Source: an archaeon
GTDB taxonomy: Archaea; B1Sed10-29; WALL01; JAGHAM01
NCBI GenBank assembly: GCA_021107635.1
Contig: JAIOSL010000007.1
Span: 102,188 to 155,275, forward strand
Reading direction: 5' to 3'
Length of the DNA: 53,088 bases
Position numbers and translations under genes: made by a program. Below are positions 39,685-50,300 of this stretch, piece after piece. Under the pieces are notes generated by a model. It did no database searches, had not been told where the DNA came from, and saw only the letters and a program-made list of their open reading frames with translations. Numbering within the stretch: the stretch's first letter is position 1; every line of letters starts with the position of its first letter.

Positions 39685-40229
39685 ATGATAATAGGCTTAA
39701 CCGGACCAGCTCAAAGCGGAAAAAGCACCGCCGCACAATACCTAGTTGAAAAATATGAATTCAAAGAACTTTCATTATCCGAACATGTGCTTGACCCAAT
39801 ACTGAAAAAAAGAGGAATAGAAATACTAAAATGAATCGCAGTAAACTAGGCGACGAACTAAGAAAAAAAGACGGAATGGATGTGCTTGCAAAACGCCTAC
39901 TCAAAAAAGTAGACCATTCAAGAATAGTAATAAGTAATTTTCGCAGTCCAGAAGAAGTACAATTCTTCATTGATCGAACACCAAAATTCAGCTTAATCAA
40001 AATTGATGCTGAACCAAGCACACGATTTAAACGCAGGGGCACGCTTGATCCAAATACAACAAAAGAATTTTTTGAACGCGATAAACGAGATATAAACAAC
40101 AAAGGAATGGGCCGAGTCTTTGAACTAGCAGATTATCATATAGACAATAACGGTTCGCTTGAACAACTTTATGAGCAACTAGACGTAATCATAACAAAAA
40201 TAGGCCTAGACTCAGAGAGTGAAAACTAA
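39685..40229 (+). pseudogene. P-loop kinase (dephospho-CoA-kinase-like / UPF0200 type) split by a -1 frameshift
   Basis: 39685 MIIGLTGPAQSGKST...KKRGIEILK-stop; the -1 frame continues NTKMNRSKLGDELRK...R.PEE..RF.R..AD..IDNNGS; SD GGTGA upstream. Confidence 0.75.
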
Positions 40230-42115
40230 TGGCATATGACTACAAAAAACTAGGATTTAAAGCAGGCTTAGAAATACACTGCCAACTTGACACTAAACAC
40301 AAGCTTTTCTGTGACTGCCCAACCACAAAAAGCAATGACTTTCCAATTGAAATAAAAAGAAAACTAAGAGCAGTCTCTGGAGAACTAGGTAAAACAGATG
40401 TAGCAGCCCTCCATGAAACCAAAAAAAATATGATCTACACATACAAAGCTAACCCAGACACAAGCTGTTTAGTTGAATTTGATTCAGAACCTCCACATGC
40501 ACTCAACCAAGAAGCCATAGATGTAACCCTCCAACTATGTAAAATTCTAGGCTCGAAAATAATAAACGAAATCCACGTTATGCGAAAGACAGTCATAGAC
40601 GGAAGCAACACCAGTGGTTTCCAACGTACTGTATTAATTGGCACTGGAGGACTAGTTGACACAAGCAAAGGCAAAGTCAGAATAACCAACATTCAACTTG
40701 AAGAAGACTCTGCCACACCATTAGAAAGAACACCCACAGAAATAACCTACCGACTTGACCGACTAGGCATCCCACTAATTGAACTAGGAACAGAACCAGA
40801 CATACAAAACCCAGAACACCTAAAAGAAACTGCTCTTTCCATCGGCGCGCTACTCATAGTAACAGGGAAGACAAAACGTGAAATTGGAAGCATACGACAA
40901 GACTTAAACATTTCCATTGCTGGTGGAACACGTGTTGAAATCAAAGGAGCACAAGAACCATCCATGTTTCCTTTAATTGCAGAAAGAGAAGTACAACGTC
41001 AAGTCAATCTCATTGCAACAAAAACTGAATTAGAAAACAGGCAAGCTAAAATAGGACAAATCATTGAAATCACCGAGTTGTTCATAGACTCTCCATGCAA
41101 CTTCATCCGCAACGCAAAGTGTGTCATGGCATTATCTCTTGAAAACTTTGCAGACATGATTGGAAAAGAAATTCAACCAGGCAGAAGAGTCGGAACAGAA
41201 ATCTCTGACTATGCTAAAATAGCAGGTGTAGGAGGAATTATCCACTCAGACGAAGATTTACACAAATATAACCTGGAAGAAGAACCTAAAATACGTCAAA
41301 AACTAGGCATTCAGGCAAAAGATGCATTCATTCTAATAGCTTCTGACCCAAAACTTGCCAGGAGAGCGATTGAGTTTGCCAGAGAAAGAACCAGCCAACT
41401 TTTTAAGGGAGTGCCCAATGAAGTAAGGAAGGCATTGAAGGACGGAAACACCTCTTTTATGAGACCCATGCCCGGAGCAGCACGTTTATACCCAGAAACA
41501 GACTGTACGTCCATACTCTTAACTCCTGCAAAATTAAGAAAAATAAAAAAGCTAGAAAAACCAGAAAAAACTCGTCAAAAGCTTTTAAAAACCGGATTAA
41601 GCAAAGATTTAACTGAAAAACTAATGAACTCACCATACTTGCCAGTATTCAACAAAATAAAGTCAAAACATTCTTCTCTTGTTGCAGCAACACTTACGGA
41701 CACCATAATCATGCTAAGACGCGATGAATATCAAACAGATCAAATCAACGAAAAACATTTAATTGACTTGTTCAAACTATATGACAAAAATAAGTTCGCA
41801 AAAGAAAGTATCCCATCAATCCTAGAAGCAATAACACTAAATCAAGACAAAAAAGTAGAAGACTTAATAGATGCACTAAGCTTTACACAAATGGATAAAA
41901 AGCAACTAAAGCTAATAATTCTTGACATCATCGATGCCAACCAAAACGCCATAGGTAGCCCTAAAGCATTTACCATAATCATGGGCGAAGTCATGAAAAA
42001 ATTACGAGGTAAAGCAGACGGTGCCTTAATCGCAAAAATTCTGAAAGAAGAACTAGCAGATCCACCAAAACCAAAGCATGAACACCCAACAATACCACAA
42101 GCCAAAGAACTCTAA
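40229..42115 (+). CDS. gatE: Glu-tRNA(Gln) amidotransferase subunit E
   Basis: GLEIH.QL, MRK.VIDGSNTSGFQRT, LDRLGIPL.E, RQD.N.SI, PGAARLYPETD. Confidence 0.95.
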   Translation: MAYDYKKLGFKAGLEIHCQLDTKHKLFCDCPTTKSNDFPIEIKRKLRAVSGELGKTDVAALHETKKNMIYTYKANPDTSCLVEFDSEPPHALNQEAIDVTLQLCKILGSKIINEIHVMRKTVIDGSNTSGFQRTVLIGTGGLVDTSKGKVRITNIQLEEDSATPLERTPTEITYRLDRLGIPLIELGTEPDIQNPEHLKETALSIGALLIVTGKTKREIGSIRQDLNISIAGGTRVEIKGAQEPSMFPLIAEREVQRQVNLIATKTELENRQAKIGQIIEITELFIDSPCNFIRNAKCVMALSLENFADMIGKEIQPGRRVGTEISDYAKIAGVGGIIHSDEDLHKYNLEEEPKIRQKLGIQAKDAFILIASDPKLARRAIEFARERTSQLFKGVPNEVRKALKDGNTSFMRPMPGAARLYPETDCTSILLTPAKLRKIKKLEKPEKTRQKLLKTGLSKDLTEKLMNSPYLPVFNKIKSKHSSLVAATLTDTIIMLRRDEYQTDQINEKHLIDLFKLYDKNKFAKESIPSILEAITLNQDKKVEDLIDALSFTQMDKKQLKLIILDIIDANQNAIGSPKAFTIIMGEVMKKLRGKADGALIAKILKEELADPPKPKHEHPTIPQAKEL

Positions 42116-42165
42116 CACTTAAATATTTAGAGTGAGTAAACTCTCTCATTCCGGGGGGAAAAACA

Positions 42166-44193
42166 ATGTTCGAAACTGATCTAGATCTTCTAATCGCTTC
42201 TTTAGGCATTGGAGCAGGCCTGCTTGCCTTGCTATTTGCAGGAGTACTAGCATACCAAATCAAAAACACCAAACTAAAACAAGAAAAAACCGCTGAAATC
42301 TCACGAGCAATCCACAAAGGATCAAAAGCATTCCTAAAACGAGAATACTCCACACTCTCCATTTTTGTACTAATAGTTACTCTAGTGCTCGGAATTTTCC
42401 TTGATGAATACACAGCAGGCGCTTTTCTTCTAGGAGCAATACTCTCTGCTTCAGCAGGATACATTGGAATGACCATCGCAACAAACGCCAACGCAAAAAC
42501 TACAGAAGCAGCATCAAAAAGCATCAACAGCGCGCTTCGAATGGCATTTTCAGCAGGAACAGTAATGGGAATGACAGTAGTAGGACTTTCACTCCTAGGA
42601 ATAAGCATTGCATTCCTAGTCATACTCAGTGCCAAAGGAAACATTCAAGAAGCAACAAACATCATAGTCGGTTTCGGCTTTGGAGCATCCTCTATCGCAC
42701 TCTTCGCTAGAGTCGGAGGAGGCATCTACACAAAAGCCGCAGACCTAGGCGCAGATATGGTCGGTAAAATTGAAGCAGGTATTCCCGAAGATGATCCTCG
42801 TAATCCAGCAGTAATAGCTGACCTAGTTGGTGATAATGTTGGAGACGTAGCAGGAATGGGAGCAGACCTATTCGAATCATACGGAGGCGCAATAATCGCA
42901 GCAATGAGTCTAGGCCTAGCAACATACCAAGCAATGGGTCTGACAATCGCATTATTTCCAATTGCACTAGCAAGCATAGGCATAATCGCATCCATACTAG
43001 GAACATTTTTAGTACGGACAGGAAACGATACCGACATGGGCAAACTCTTAGCAGCTCTACGAAAAGGAACCATTGGATCAGCACTACTTTTTCTCATATT
43101 TTCTCTTCCACTAGTATACTTCATCTTTCCAACAAACTGGCCAAACATCTTCATAGCAATACTCACAGGCCTAGTAGCAGGCGTTATAATCGGCCTTTCC
43201 ACAGAACACTATACTTCTGATAAATACACAAGAACCCGTCAAATAGCAGAATCCTCACAAAAAGGACCAGCCAGCACAATAATAACAGGATACGCAATCG
43301 GACTCCGCAGCACTGCTATCCCTATCCTAATCATTGCAGCAGCAATACTAATCGCAAACCAAACAGCAGGACTTTACGGTGTATCCATCGCAGCAGTTGG
43401 AATGCTAGCAACTCTTGGCATTACTCTAGCCACTGACGCATACGGGCCAGTAGCAGATAATGCTGGAGGAATCGCAGAAATGGCAAAGCTACCAAAAAAA
43501 GTCAGAGAACGCACAGACGCACTCGACTCACTAGGTAACACTACCGCTGCAACCGGCAAAGGCTTTGCCATAGGCAGTGCAGCCTTGACTTCACTAGCCT
43601 TAATAGCAGCATACACTACAGCAGCAAAACTTGAACCAGCACAAATGGCAATCACCAACCCAGTCATACTAGTCGGCCTGTTCATTGGAGGAATGCTTCC
43701 ATTCCTGTTTTCATCCATTACCATTATCGGCGTCAGCAATGCATCCAATAAAATCATAGACGAAGTACGCAAACAATTCAAAAACAACGACATAATGACA
43801 GGCAAAAAACAACCAGACTACATCAAGTGCATAGACATAAGCACACAAGGAGCACTCAAAGAAATGATCATACCCGGAATGCTTGCAGTACTAGTACCTA
43901 TCGTTTTCGGTTTTATATTCGGAGCAGCTGCTCTTGCAGGACTGTTAATCGGAGCTTTAGTTTCCGGATTCCTACTAGCAGTTAAAATGGCCAATGCTGG
44001 AGGAGCATGGGACAATGCAAAAAAATACATTGAAAAAGGAGCTCATGGAGGCAAAGGCTCAGATGCTCATAAAGCAGCAGTAGTAGGAGATTTGCTTGGA
44101 GACCCATTCAAAGATACTGCAGGACCAGCACTAAACATCCTAATCAAACTAATGAGCGTTATCTCCCTAATCTTCGCACCATTCTTTCCTTGA
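42166..44193 (+). CDS. hppA: Membrane-bound ion-translocating pyrophosphatase, K+-dependent type (Na+ or H+)
   Basis: [26 protein letters not shown] (Ala = K+-dependent), [16 protein letters not shown]. Confidence 0.95.
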   Translation: MFETDLDLLIASLGIGAGLLALLFAGVLAYQIKNTKLKQEKTAEISRAIHKGSKAFLKREYSTLSIFVLIVTLVLGIFLDEYTAGAFLLGAILSASAGYIGMTIATNANAKTTEAASKSINSALRMAFSAGTVMGMTVVGLSLLGISIAFLVILSAKGNIQEATNIIVGFGFGASSIALFARVGGGIYTKAADLGADMVGKIEAGIPEDDPRNPAVIADLVGDNVGDVAGMGADLFESYGGAIIAAMSLGLATYQAMGLTIALFPIALASIGIIASILGTFLVRTGNDTDMGKLLAALRKGTIGSALLFLIFSLPLVYFIFPTNWPNIFIAILTGLVAGVIIGLSTEHYTSDKYTRTRQIAESSQKGPASTIITGYAIGLRSTAIPILIIAAAILIANQTAGLYGVSIAAVGMLATLGITLATDAYGPVADNAGGIAEMAKLPKKVRERTDALDSLGNTTAATGKGFAIGSAALTSLALIAAYTTAAKLEPAQMAITNPVILVGLFIGGMLPFLFSSITIIGVSNASNKIIDEVRKQFKNNDIMTGKKQPDYIKCIDISTQGALKEMIIPGMLAVLVPIVFGFIFGAAALAGLLIGALVSGFLLAVKMANAGGAWDNAKKYIEKGAHGGKGSDAHKAAVVGDLLGDPFKDTAGPALNILIKLMSVISLIFAPFFP

Positions 44194-44691
44194 ATTGACA
44201 ATAGCATACTTGATGCCAGGATGTTTTTCTTCAATACTTTCTAGGCACTCTAACAAAACACTATCAAAATCATTCAATTCTGGCCAATTCCCAATAATGC
44301 TATTCATGCCAGCATAACACTCAATTTCCTTTCTAGAACAACGCTTTAGAGGAGCTATTCCATTTTGCTGAACAGTTTTACCCATACTTTCTTTTAACAC
44401 ATTCAAGACGCTATCCTCTAAACAAGTCCCAACAATCAAAACATCAACTTTCTCGCTCGGATTTTTAACACACTCATTTCTAGCATTCAAAGCAAAAGGT
44501 TGGATAACCTCAAAAGCAACTTTTCCTCCTAAACTAACAGTATCAAATCCTACCATGCTTTTACTAGGCAAATGTCCTCTGAGACTATTCAACACTTTCC
44601 TCTCAAAATAACTCTTAAAACATCTACTACAAAACTTCTTGTTTTCACAAGAAAGTTCAATAATGCTCTTCTTTCCACAAGAACAAGCCAT
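44167..44691 (-). CDS. Degenerate TtuA/NcsA-like protein (Zn finger kept, PP-loop lost)
   Basis: C.CGKK...FC..CF..YFERKV, IAPL....EI..YA, LE.IE.KHPGIK; no SGGKDS. Confidence 0.6.
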   Translation of the reverse strand: MACSCGKKSIIELSCENKKFCSRCFKSYFERKVLNSLRGHLPSKSMVGFDTVSLGGKVAFEVIQPFALNARNECVKNPSEKVDVLIVGTCLEDSVLNVLKESMGKTVQQNGIAPLKRCSRKEIECYAGMNSIIGNWPELNDFDSVLLECLESIEEKHPGIKYAIVNSRKEWCED

Positions 44692-44710
44692 AGACCATTT
44701 TTGGAAAGAG

Positions 44711-44722
44711 CATCTTTAAAAA
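44711..44722 (+). promoter_or_regulatory. TATA-like element shared by both pilin-like genes (copy 1)
   Basis: CATCTTTAAAAA starting 35 nt before the ATG. Confidence 0.55.
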
Positions 44723-44745
44723 TACTCTTGCTTTAACCATCCTCC

Positions 44746-47319
44746 ATGAAAAAAGGTTTAACTCCTGTCGTTTCAACCGTGTTACTAATAGGACTTGCTT
44801 TCATGCTAGGATTAGGCCTCTACTTTTGGGCAGCATCTCCTACTCCAGGACCAGAACCAACAAAACCAGCAATCATCACAGTACGACCTGTCTCAGTCTC
44901 AGACGGAAAATTTCTTATAACAAATACAGGCATGCAAGAAATCACCTTGTCTCAACTTCAAACAAGCCACCCAAGCCTAACCTGCACTTTCGATGAGAAC
45001 GTAACAATCACACCCGGAAAAAGCGCTGCCTGCAACATGATGCCTATTGCAAGCAAAGGAATAACTTTTTTCGGAAATGACAATAACGGCATAGCCATAA
45101 CTCCATTTTTGCTTAAACTAACACACACTGAAGTAAAAGACGTATCCTACTTTCCAGTCTCCGCAAGCACTCCTAATTGGTGGAATACCTCCTGGTCAAA
45201 AAGAAAGCCACTTACCATCCAAAACAGTCTATCCGACTCAGAAAACTGGTGGAACAACAGCTGGCAAAGAAGACTGCCTATAACACTGGATAACACGGGA
45301 GCTCAGCTCTCAAACTTTACAATCAAAGTTCAATTCGCTTACGACAATGACATGAAAACGAACTTCAATGATCTGCGTTTCATAGATAGTGACAACAGCA
45401 CTGAACTAGACCATTGGCTAGAAGACTATAACAGCACCAATGCTACTTTTTGGGTTGAAGTGCCAACACTCTCAGCTAATGTTAGCACTATCTGGGCATA
45501 CTATGGTAATTCTGGCGCAGACTCAGAAAGTAATGGAACAGAAACGTTCCTGTTCTTTGATGATTTCTCTTCTGATTCTCTGACAGTAACTGCAGGAGAT
45601 CCAATAACCGCGGCTAAAAATTTCACAGAGATTCCCAACATAGGATTCGAATTATACTCAAAAATGGAAGCGCTTGAAGGACACACAGCAAGCACTTTCT
45701 GGTCATGGGTTGTCCCGTTCTACTTAATCGATTTAAGTGAAGATGATTACGCTCGCGGATGTTTTTACAGTAGGAGTGGCTCTTACTACAAGCAACTTCA
45801 TGTATACAATAATAGTGTCAGCGAAGGCGGTGAAAGCGGATACAGGTACAGCGATGGATACAATTACACTATTCTACTAAGACATATTCCAGGAGAACGA
45901 TTTAGATATCAGCTATTCAATTATAGTTCTGATAGCTCTCTAAATGATTGTACGGTTGCAACAAGCATGACGTTCTATCCAGATCAATACCAACTACGGG
46001 CACGCTGTTCCGGTGCTTGTGATGATGGTTACATCACCTACAACGCTACAGGCGATTTTTATGAAGTTTCAGGAGATTACGACTCTGATGAAGTGAAAGA
46101 ACGATTTTATTGGGTTTTCATAACAAAATTTGATCCTGATTCCGTTTCAGTCTCTCCAGGCTCAGAAGAACAATACACAAATGCAAATTTAACTGATTAT
46201 CCTCTTTTGGTCAACGTTTCTTATGACACTGATATGAACAGCAACTTCAGTGATTTACGTTTCATAGATACTGACAACAGCACTGAACTAGACTATTGGA
46301 TAGAAAATTATTCTGATTCTTCCTACGCAGAAACATGGGTAAAAATAAACAGTTCAACCGGAAACAAAACAATCTGGCTTTACTATACCAACAGTGAAGC
46401 AAACAACGAAAGCAATGGAACAGCAGTTTTTTCCTATTATGACCATTGGATTTCAGATAATACTGGAGACTGGCTTTATGGCGTGCCTGCAGCCAACAGC
46501 CCTTATCGCTGGCAAAACACTCTTTCATTTAATGCTTCAAGACAATTACGCGCAAAGTCCACGCTTGAAAACTGGTGGAGTGGTGCATGGGATTACACTG
46601 ATTTTGGATGGACCTCAGACAAGTCAACAAAACTCAGCTTAACAAATCATGTCACCCTACAATGGCATCAAAGAACCGATCAAGGAGCTAATAGTACTAA
46701 TATTCCAGTTAGACTTCTAGTTAGAGCAAACTCTGAGAACGTCTACACAGACTTTATTAACGTGACCAAGCCAAGTTCAAGCGATGAACTCTACTTAACT
46801 CTAGAATACTCTCAAGACAATGTAAGCTATACTTGGGAATACGTTAATAATGGCACAATCCTAGCAAGCGATTACATAGACAACGCATCCCAAATACCCT
46901 CTTTGAGCAATGTAACCTACCTAGTAATCGGCCAATTATCATGTTGTCCAGATGACTATTTTAATCAAGTAAGCTCTGATTACCTACAATGGGGCAATCC
47001 CTCACTTAATGGTGGAATGGAATGGAAGACAGACTACTGGTTTATTCGAACATACAGTACTGATCCGCAGATATCTACGGGTAACGAAGTAACCTATTCA
47101 GCAGGAGACGGAAGTACAGAATTAACCTATGCAGTCAACGATCCAGACGGACTCCAATGGGTCAACCTTACAGAAGGAGGCTCAAGCGTCTCATCAACAG
47201 CAATAACTGGATGTAATTCATTTTATACCAACACTTACTCTAGCTATAACTCAGATGAAACCTACCTAGTATGGTACAAAGACTGTGAAGGAATCATAGA
47301 ATCTCTCACAATAGAATGA
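44746..47319 (+). CDS. Class III signal peptide (pilin/archaellin-like) surface protein with two DUF2341-like domains
   Basis: MKKG/LTPVVSTVLL; two D....F.DLRFID.DNSTELD.W.E....WV....IW.YY.N..A..ESNG..F units. Confidence 0.85.
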   Translation: MKKGLTPVVSTVLLIGLAFMLGLGLYFWAASPTPGPEPTKPAIITVRPVSVSDGKFLITNTGMQEITLSQLQTSHPSLTCTFDENVTITPGKSAACNMMPIASKGITFFGNDNNGIAITPFLLKLTHTEVKDVSYFPVSASTPNWWNTSWSKRKPLTIQNSLSDSENWWNNSWQRRLPITLDNTGAQLSNFTIKVQFAYDNDMKTNFNDLRFIDSDNSTELDHWLEDYNSTNATFWVEVPTLSANVSTIWAYYGNSGADSESNGTETFLFFDDFSSDSLTVTAGDPITAAKNFTEIPNIGFELYSKMEALEGHTASTFWSWVVPFYLIDLSEDDYARGCFYSRSGSYYKQLHVYNNSVSEGGESGYRYSDGYNYTILLRHIPGERFRYQLFNYSSDSSLNDCTVATSMTFYPDQYQLRARCSGACDDGYITYNATGDFYEVSGDYDSDEVKERFYWVFITKFDPDSVSVSPGSEEQYTNANLTDYPLLVNVSYDTDMNSNFSDLRFIDTDNSTELDYWIENYSDSSYAETWVKINSSTGNKTIWLYYTNSEANNESNGTAVFSYYDHWISDNTGDWLYGVPAANSPYRWQNTLSFNASRQLRAKSTLENWWSGAWDYTDFGWTSDKSTKLSLTNHVTLQWHQRTDQGANSTNIPVRLLVRANSENVYTDFINVTKPSSSDELYLTLEYSQDNVSYTWEYVNNGTILASDYIDNASQIPSLSNVTYLVIGQLSCCPDDYFNQVSSDYLQWGNPSLNGGMEWKTDYWFIRTYSTDPQISTGNEVTYSAGDGSTELTYAVNDPDGLQWVNLTEGGSSVSSTAITGCNSFYTNTYSSYNSDETYLVWYKDCEGIIESLTIE
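45376..46305 (+). repeat. 48-bp near-identical direct repeat pair (45376-45423, 46258-46305)
   Basis: CGTTTCATAGATA(G/C)TGACAACAGCACTGAACTAGAC(C/T)ATTGG(C/A)TAGAA. Confidence 0.8.
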
Positions 47320-47321
47320 CA

Positions 47322-47333
47322 CATCTTTAAAAA
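47322..47333 (+). promoter_or_regulatory. TATA-like element shared by both pilin-like genes (copy 2)
   Basis: CATCTTTAAAAA starting 34 nt before the ATG. Confidence 0.55.
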
Positions 47334-47355
47334 CCCTAGATGATTAAACTCAATT

Positions 47356-50300
47356 ATGGACAAAGGAATTTCTGCAATAGTATCTACTGTACTCTTAATG
47401 GCTCTTGCAGTATCAGTAACACTTGGACTATTCTACTGGGCTAACTCTTTGGCGGCTCCAGGCCCTGAATCTTCCAAACCAGCCACTATTGCATTCAAGG
47501 CTATATCGCCAGAGGACGGGCGTTTTCTTGTCACGAATACTGGCCTCCAGTCAATAACGTTGTCCGAGCTGAATACCAGCGAGACAGGCGTGACTTGCGA
47601 CTTTAACGGTACTGTCACCATAACAGCTGGCGACAGCAAGGTCTGCTATATGGCTCCAAAATCAGGAGAATTTGTTTCTATCTTTGGAACTGATGACAAT
47701 GGCCAAGGAATAACTCCTTTCACAATCACGCTAGGCCACGGTGAAGTCCCAGAAGCATCATTTTTCATAACGTTTTCAGTCGAAGGCTCTGATTCCTGGA
47801 CCACGGAAACCGTGGACAGCACAGGCAATGTTGGGGAGTACACTTCAATCGCAACGAACAGCAGTGGCGACTTACACATAAGCTATTATGACAGCACCGC
47901 CGGCGACTTGAAACATGCTGAGTACAGTGGTTCAAGCTGGTCTACAGAGGCAGTGGACAGCACAGGCGTTGTCGGGTTGTACACTTCAATCACAACGAAC
48001 AGCAGCGATGACTTACACATAAGCTATTATGACAGTACCAACGGCGACTTGAAACATGCAGAATACAACCCAAGCTGGGACATGGAGACTCTAGACAGCG
48101 TGGGAATGGTCGGTTCTTACACATCAATTGCCAGGGATAGTAATGGCTATGTCCACATAAGCTACGATGACGCCAGCAACTACGACTTGAAGCATGCATG
48201 GTATGATGGCTCTTGGCACACAGAAACAGTAGACAGTGAAGGAGAAGTCGGGATATACACATCGATAACAATCGGTAGTAATGATAATATACACATAAGC
48301 TACGAAGACTACGACAATGACGACCTAAAATATGCTGAATACAACGGTACAGCATGGACTACGGAAATTGTGGACAGCACTGGAACAGTCGGATGTTACT
48401 CATCAATCACAACAAACAGTAGTGGCAATCCCCACATAAGCTATTACGATACTTCTTCTGGAGACCTCAAACATGCATGGAACGATGGCTCATGGCACAC
48501 GGAAGCCATAGACACAGAAAACGTCGGGAGATTCACATCAATCACAACAGACAATAATGATCACCTCCACATAAGCTACTACAGCGGAGCCAATCACGAC
48601 CTAAAACATGCATGGTACGACACCTCCTGGCACACGGAAACCATAGACAGCACAGGAGACGTCGGGCTATTCACATCCATCACAACACTAAACGATGAAA
48701 TACACATAAGCTATGTAGATGACACCAATAGATACCTGAAACACGCATGGTATGATGGGTCTTGGCACACGGAAACAGTAGACAGCACAGGAGACATTAG
48801 ATGGTACACTTCAATCACAACACTAAACGATGAAATACACATAAGCTACTCAGATGACACTAATGACGACCTCAAGCACGCGGAATACAACGGAACAGAC
48901 TGGACAATAGAAACAGTTGACAGCACAGGTGATGTCGGGATGTACTCGTCAATCACTACGGACAGCGAGGGCAACATCCAAATAAGCTATCATGACGGGA
49001 CAAACTACGACCTGAGATACGCAGAATACACAACATGGTCAACAGAAACCATTGACAGCACTGGCGATGTTGGGTTACATACCTCAATAGCAACGGACAG
49101 TGATAATCGCCTCCACATAAGCTACCAAGATTCCACCAACGCGAACCTAAAACATGCTGAATACACTAGTATAAACGGAGATTGGACTAACGAAGTCGTC
49201 GATGCTGCCGGTGACGTAGGAAAATACTCATCCGTGTTCATTGACGGTGACACTATCCACATAAGCTATTTCGATGACACTAACAATGACCTAAAATACT
49301 CTAAATATGATGGTTCCTGGTACAATGAAACAGTTGATAGCACGGGCACAGTTGGAGAGGGGTCATCTATAACAGTTGACAACGACAGTCACGTTCACAT
49401 AAGCTATTACGACAACACCAATGCCGACCTCAAGCACGCTGAGTACAGCCCAAGCTGGTTAACAGAAACCATTGACAGCAATGGCAATATTGGTCGGTAC
49501 GCCTCAATTGCGCTTGACGGCAGCAACAATCCCCACATAAGCTACTACAACAATACTGACTCTACCCTCAAGCATGCTTGGTATAACGGTTCCTGGCACA
49601 CAGAAACTGTCGACAGCGCGGGCCTTGTCGGAGACTCATCATCTATTGCGGTGGATGATAATGATCACCTCCACGTAAGCTATCGCGATCTCAGTAACAA
49701 CGACCTTAAGTATGCCAAGTACAATGGTTCTTGGCACACAGAAACTGTCGATAGTGCGGACGCTGTTGGACTTCACACATCTATAGCAATAGATGGTGAC
49801 AACTACACGCACATAAGCTATTATGACAGCACTAACGGTGACCTTAAGCATGCTTGGTATAATGGTTCTTGGCACACAGAAACTGTCGACAGCGCGGGCG
49901 TTGTCGGAGAGTACACATCTATTGCGGTGGATGATAGTGACCACCTCCACATAAGCTATTACAACAGAACTAACACTGCCCTCAAACATGCTTGGTATAA
50001 TGGTTCTTGGCACACGGAGACTGTGGATAGTGTGGGCATCATCGGAAATTATGGTTCATCTATTGCGGTGGACGATAGCGGTCACCTCCACATAAGCTAC
50101 CTCAACGACATTGATGATGACCTTAAGCATGCTTGGTATAATGGTTCTTGGCACACGGAGACTGTGGATAGTGCGGACAACGTTGGAGCGTACTCGTCTA
50201 TTGTTGTGGATGGCAGCAACAACCTTCACATAAGTTACTATGACAGCACTAACGGTGACCTTAAGCATGCTTGGTATAATGGTTCTTGGCACACGGAGAC

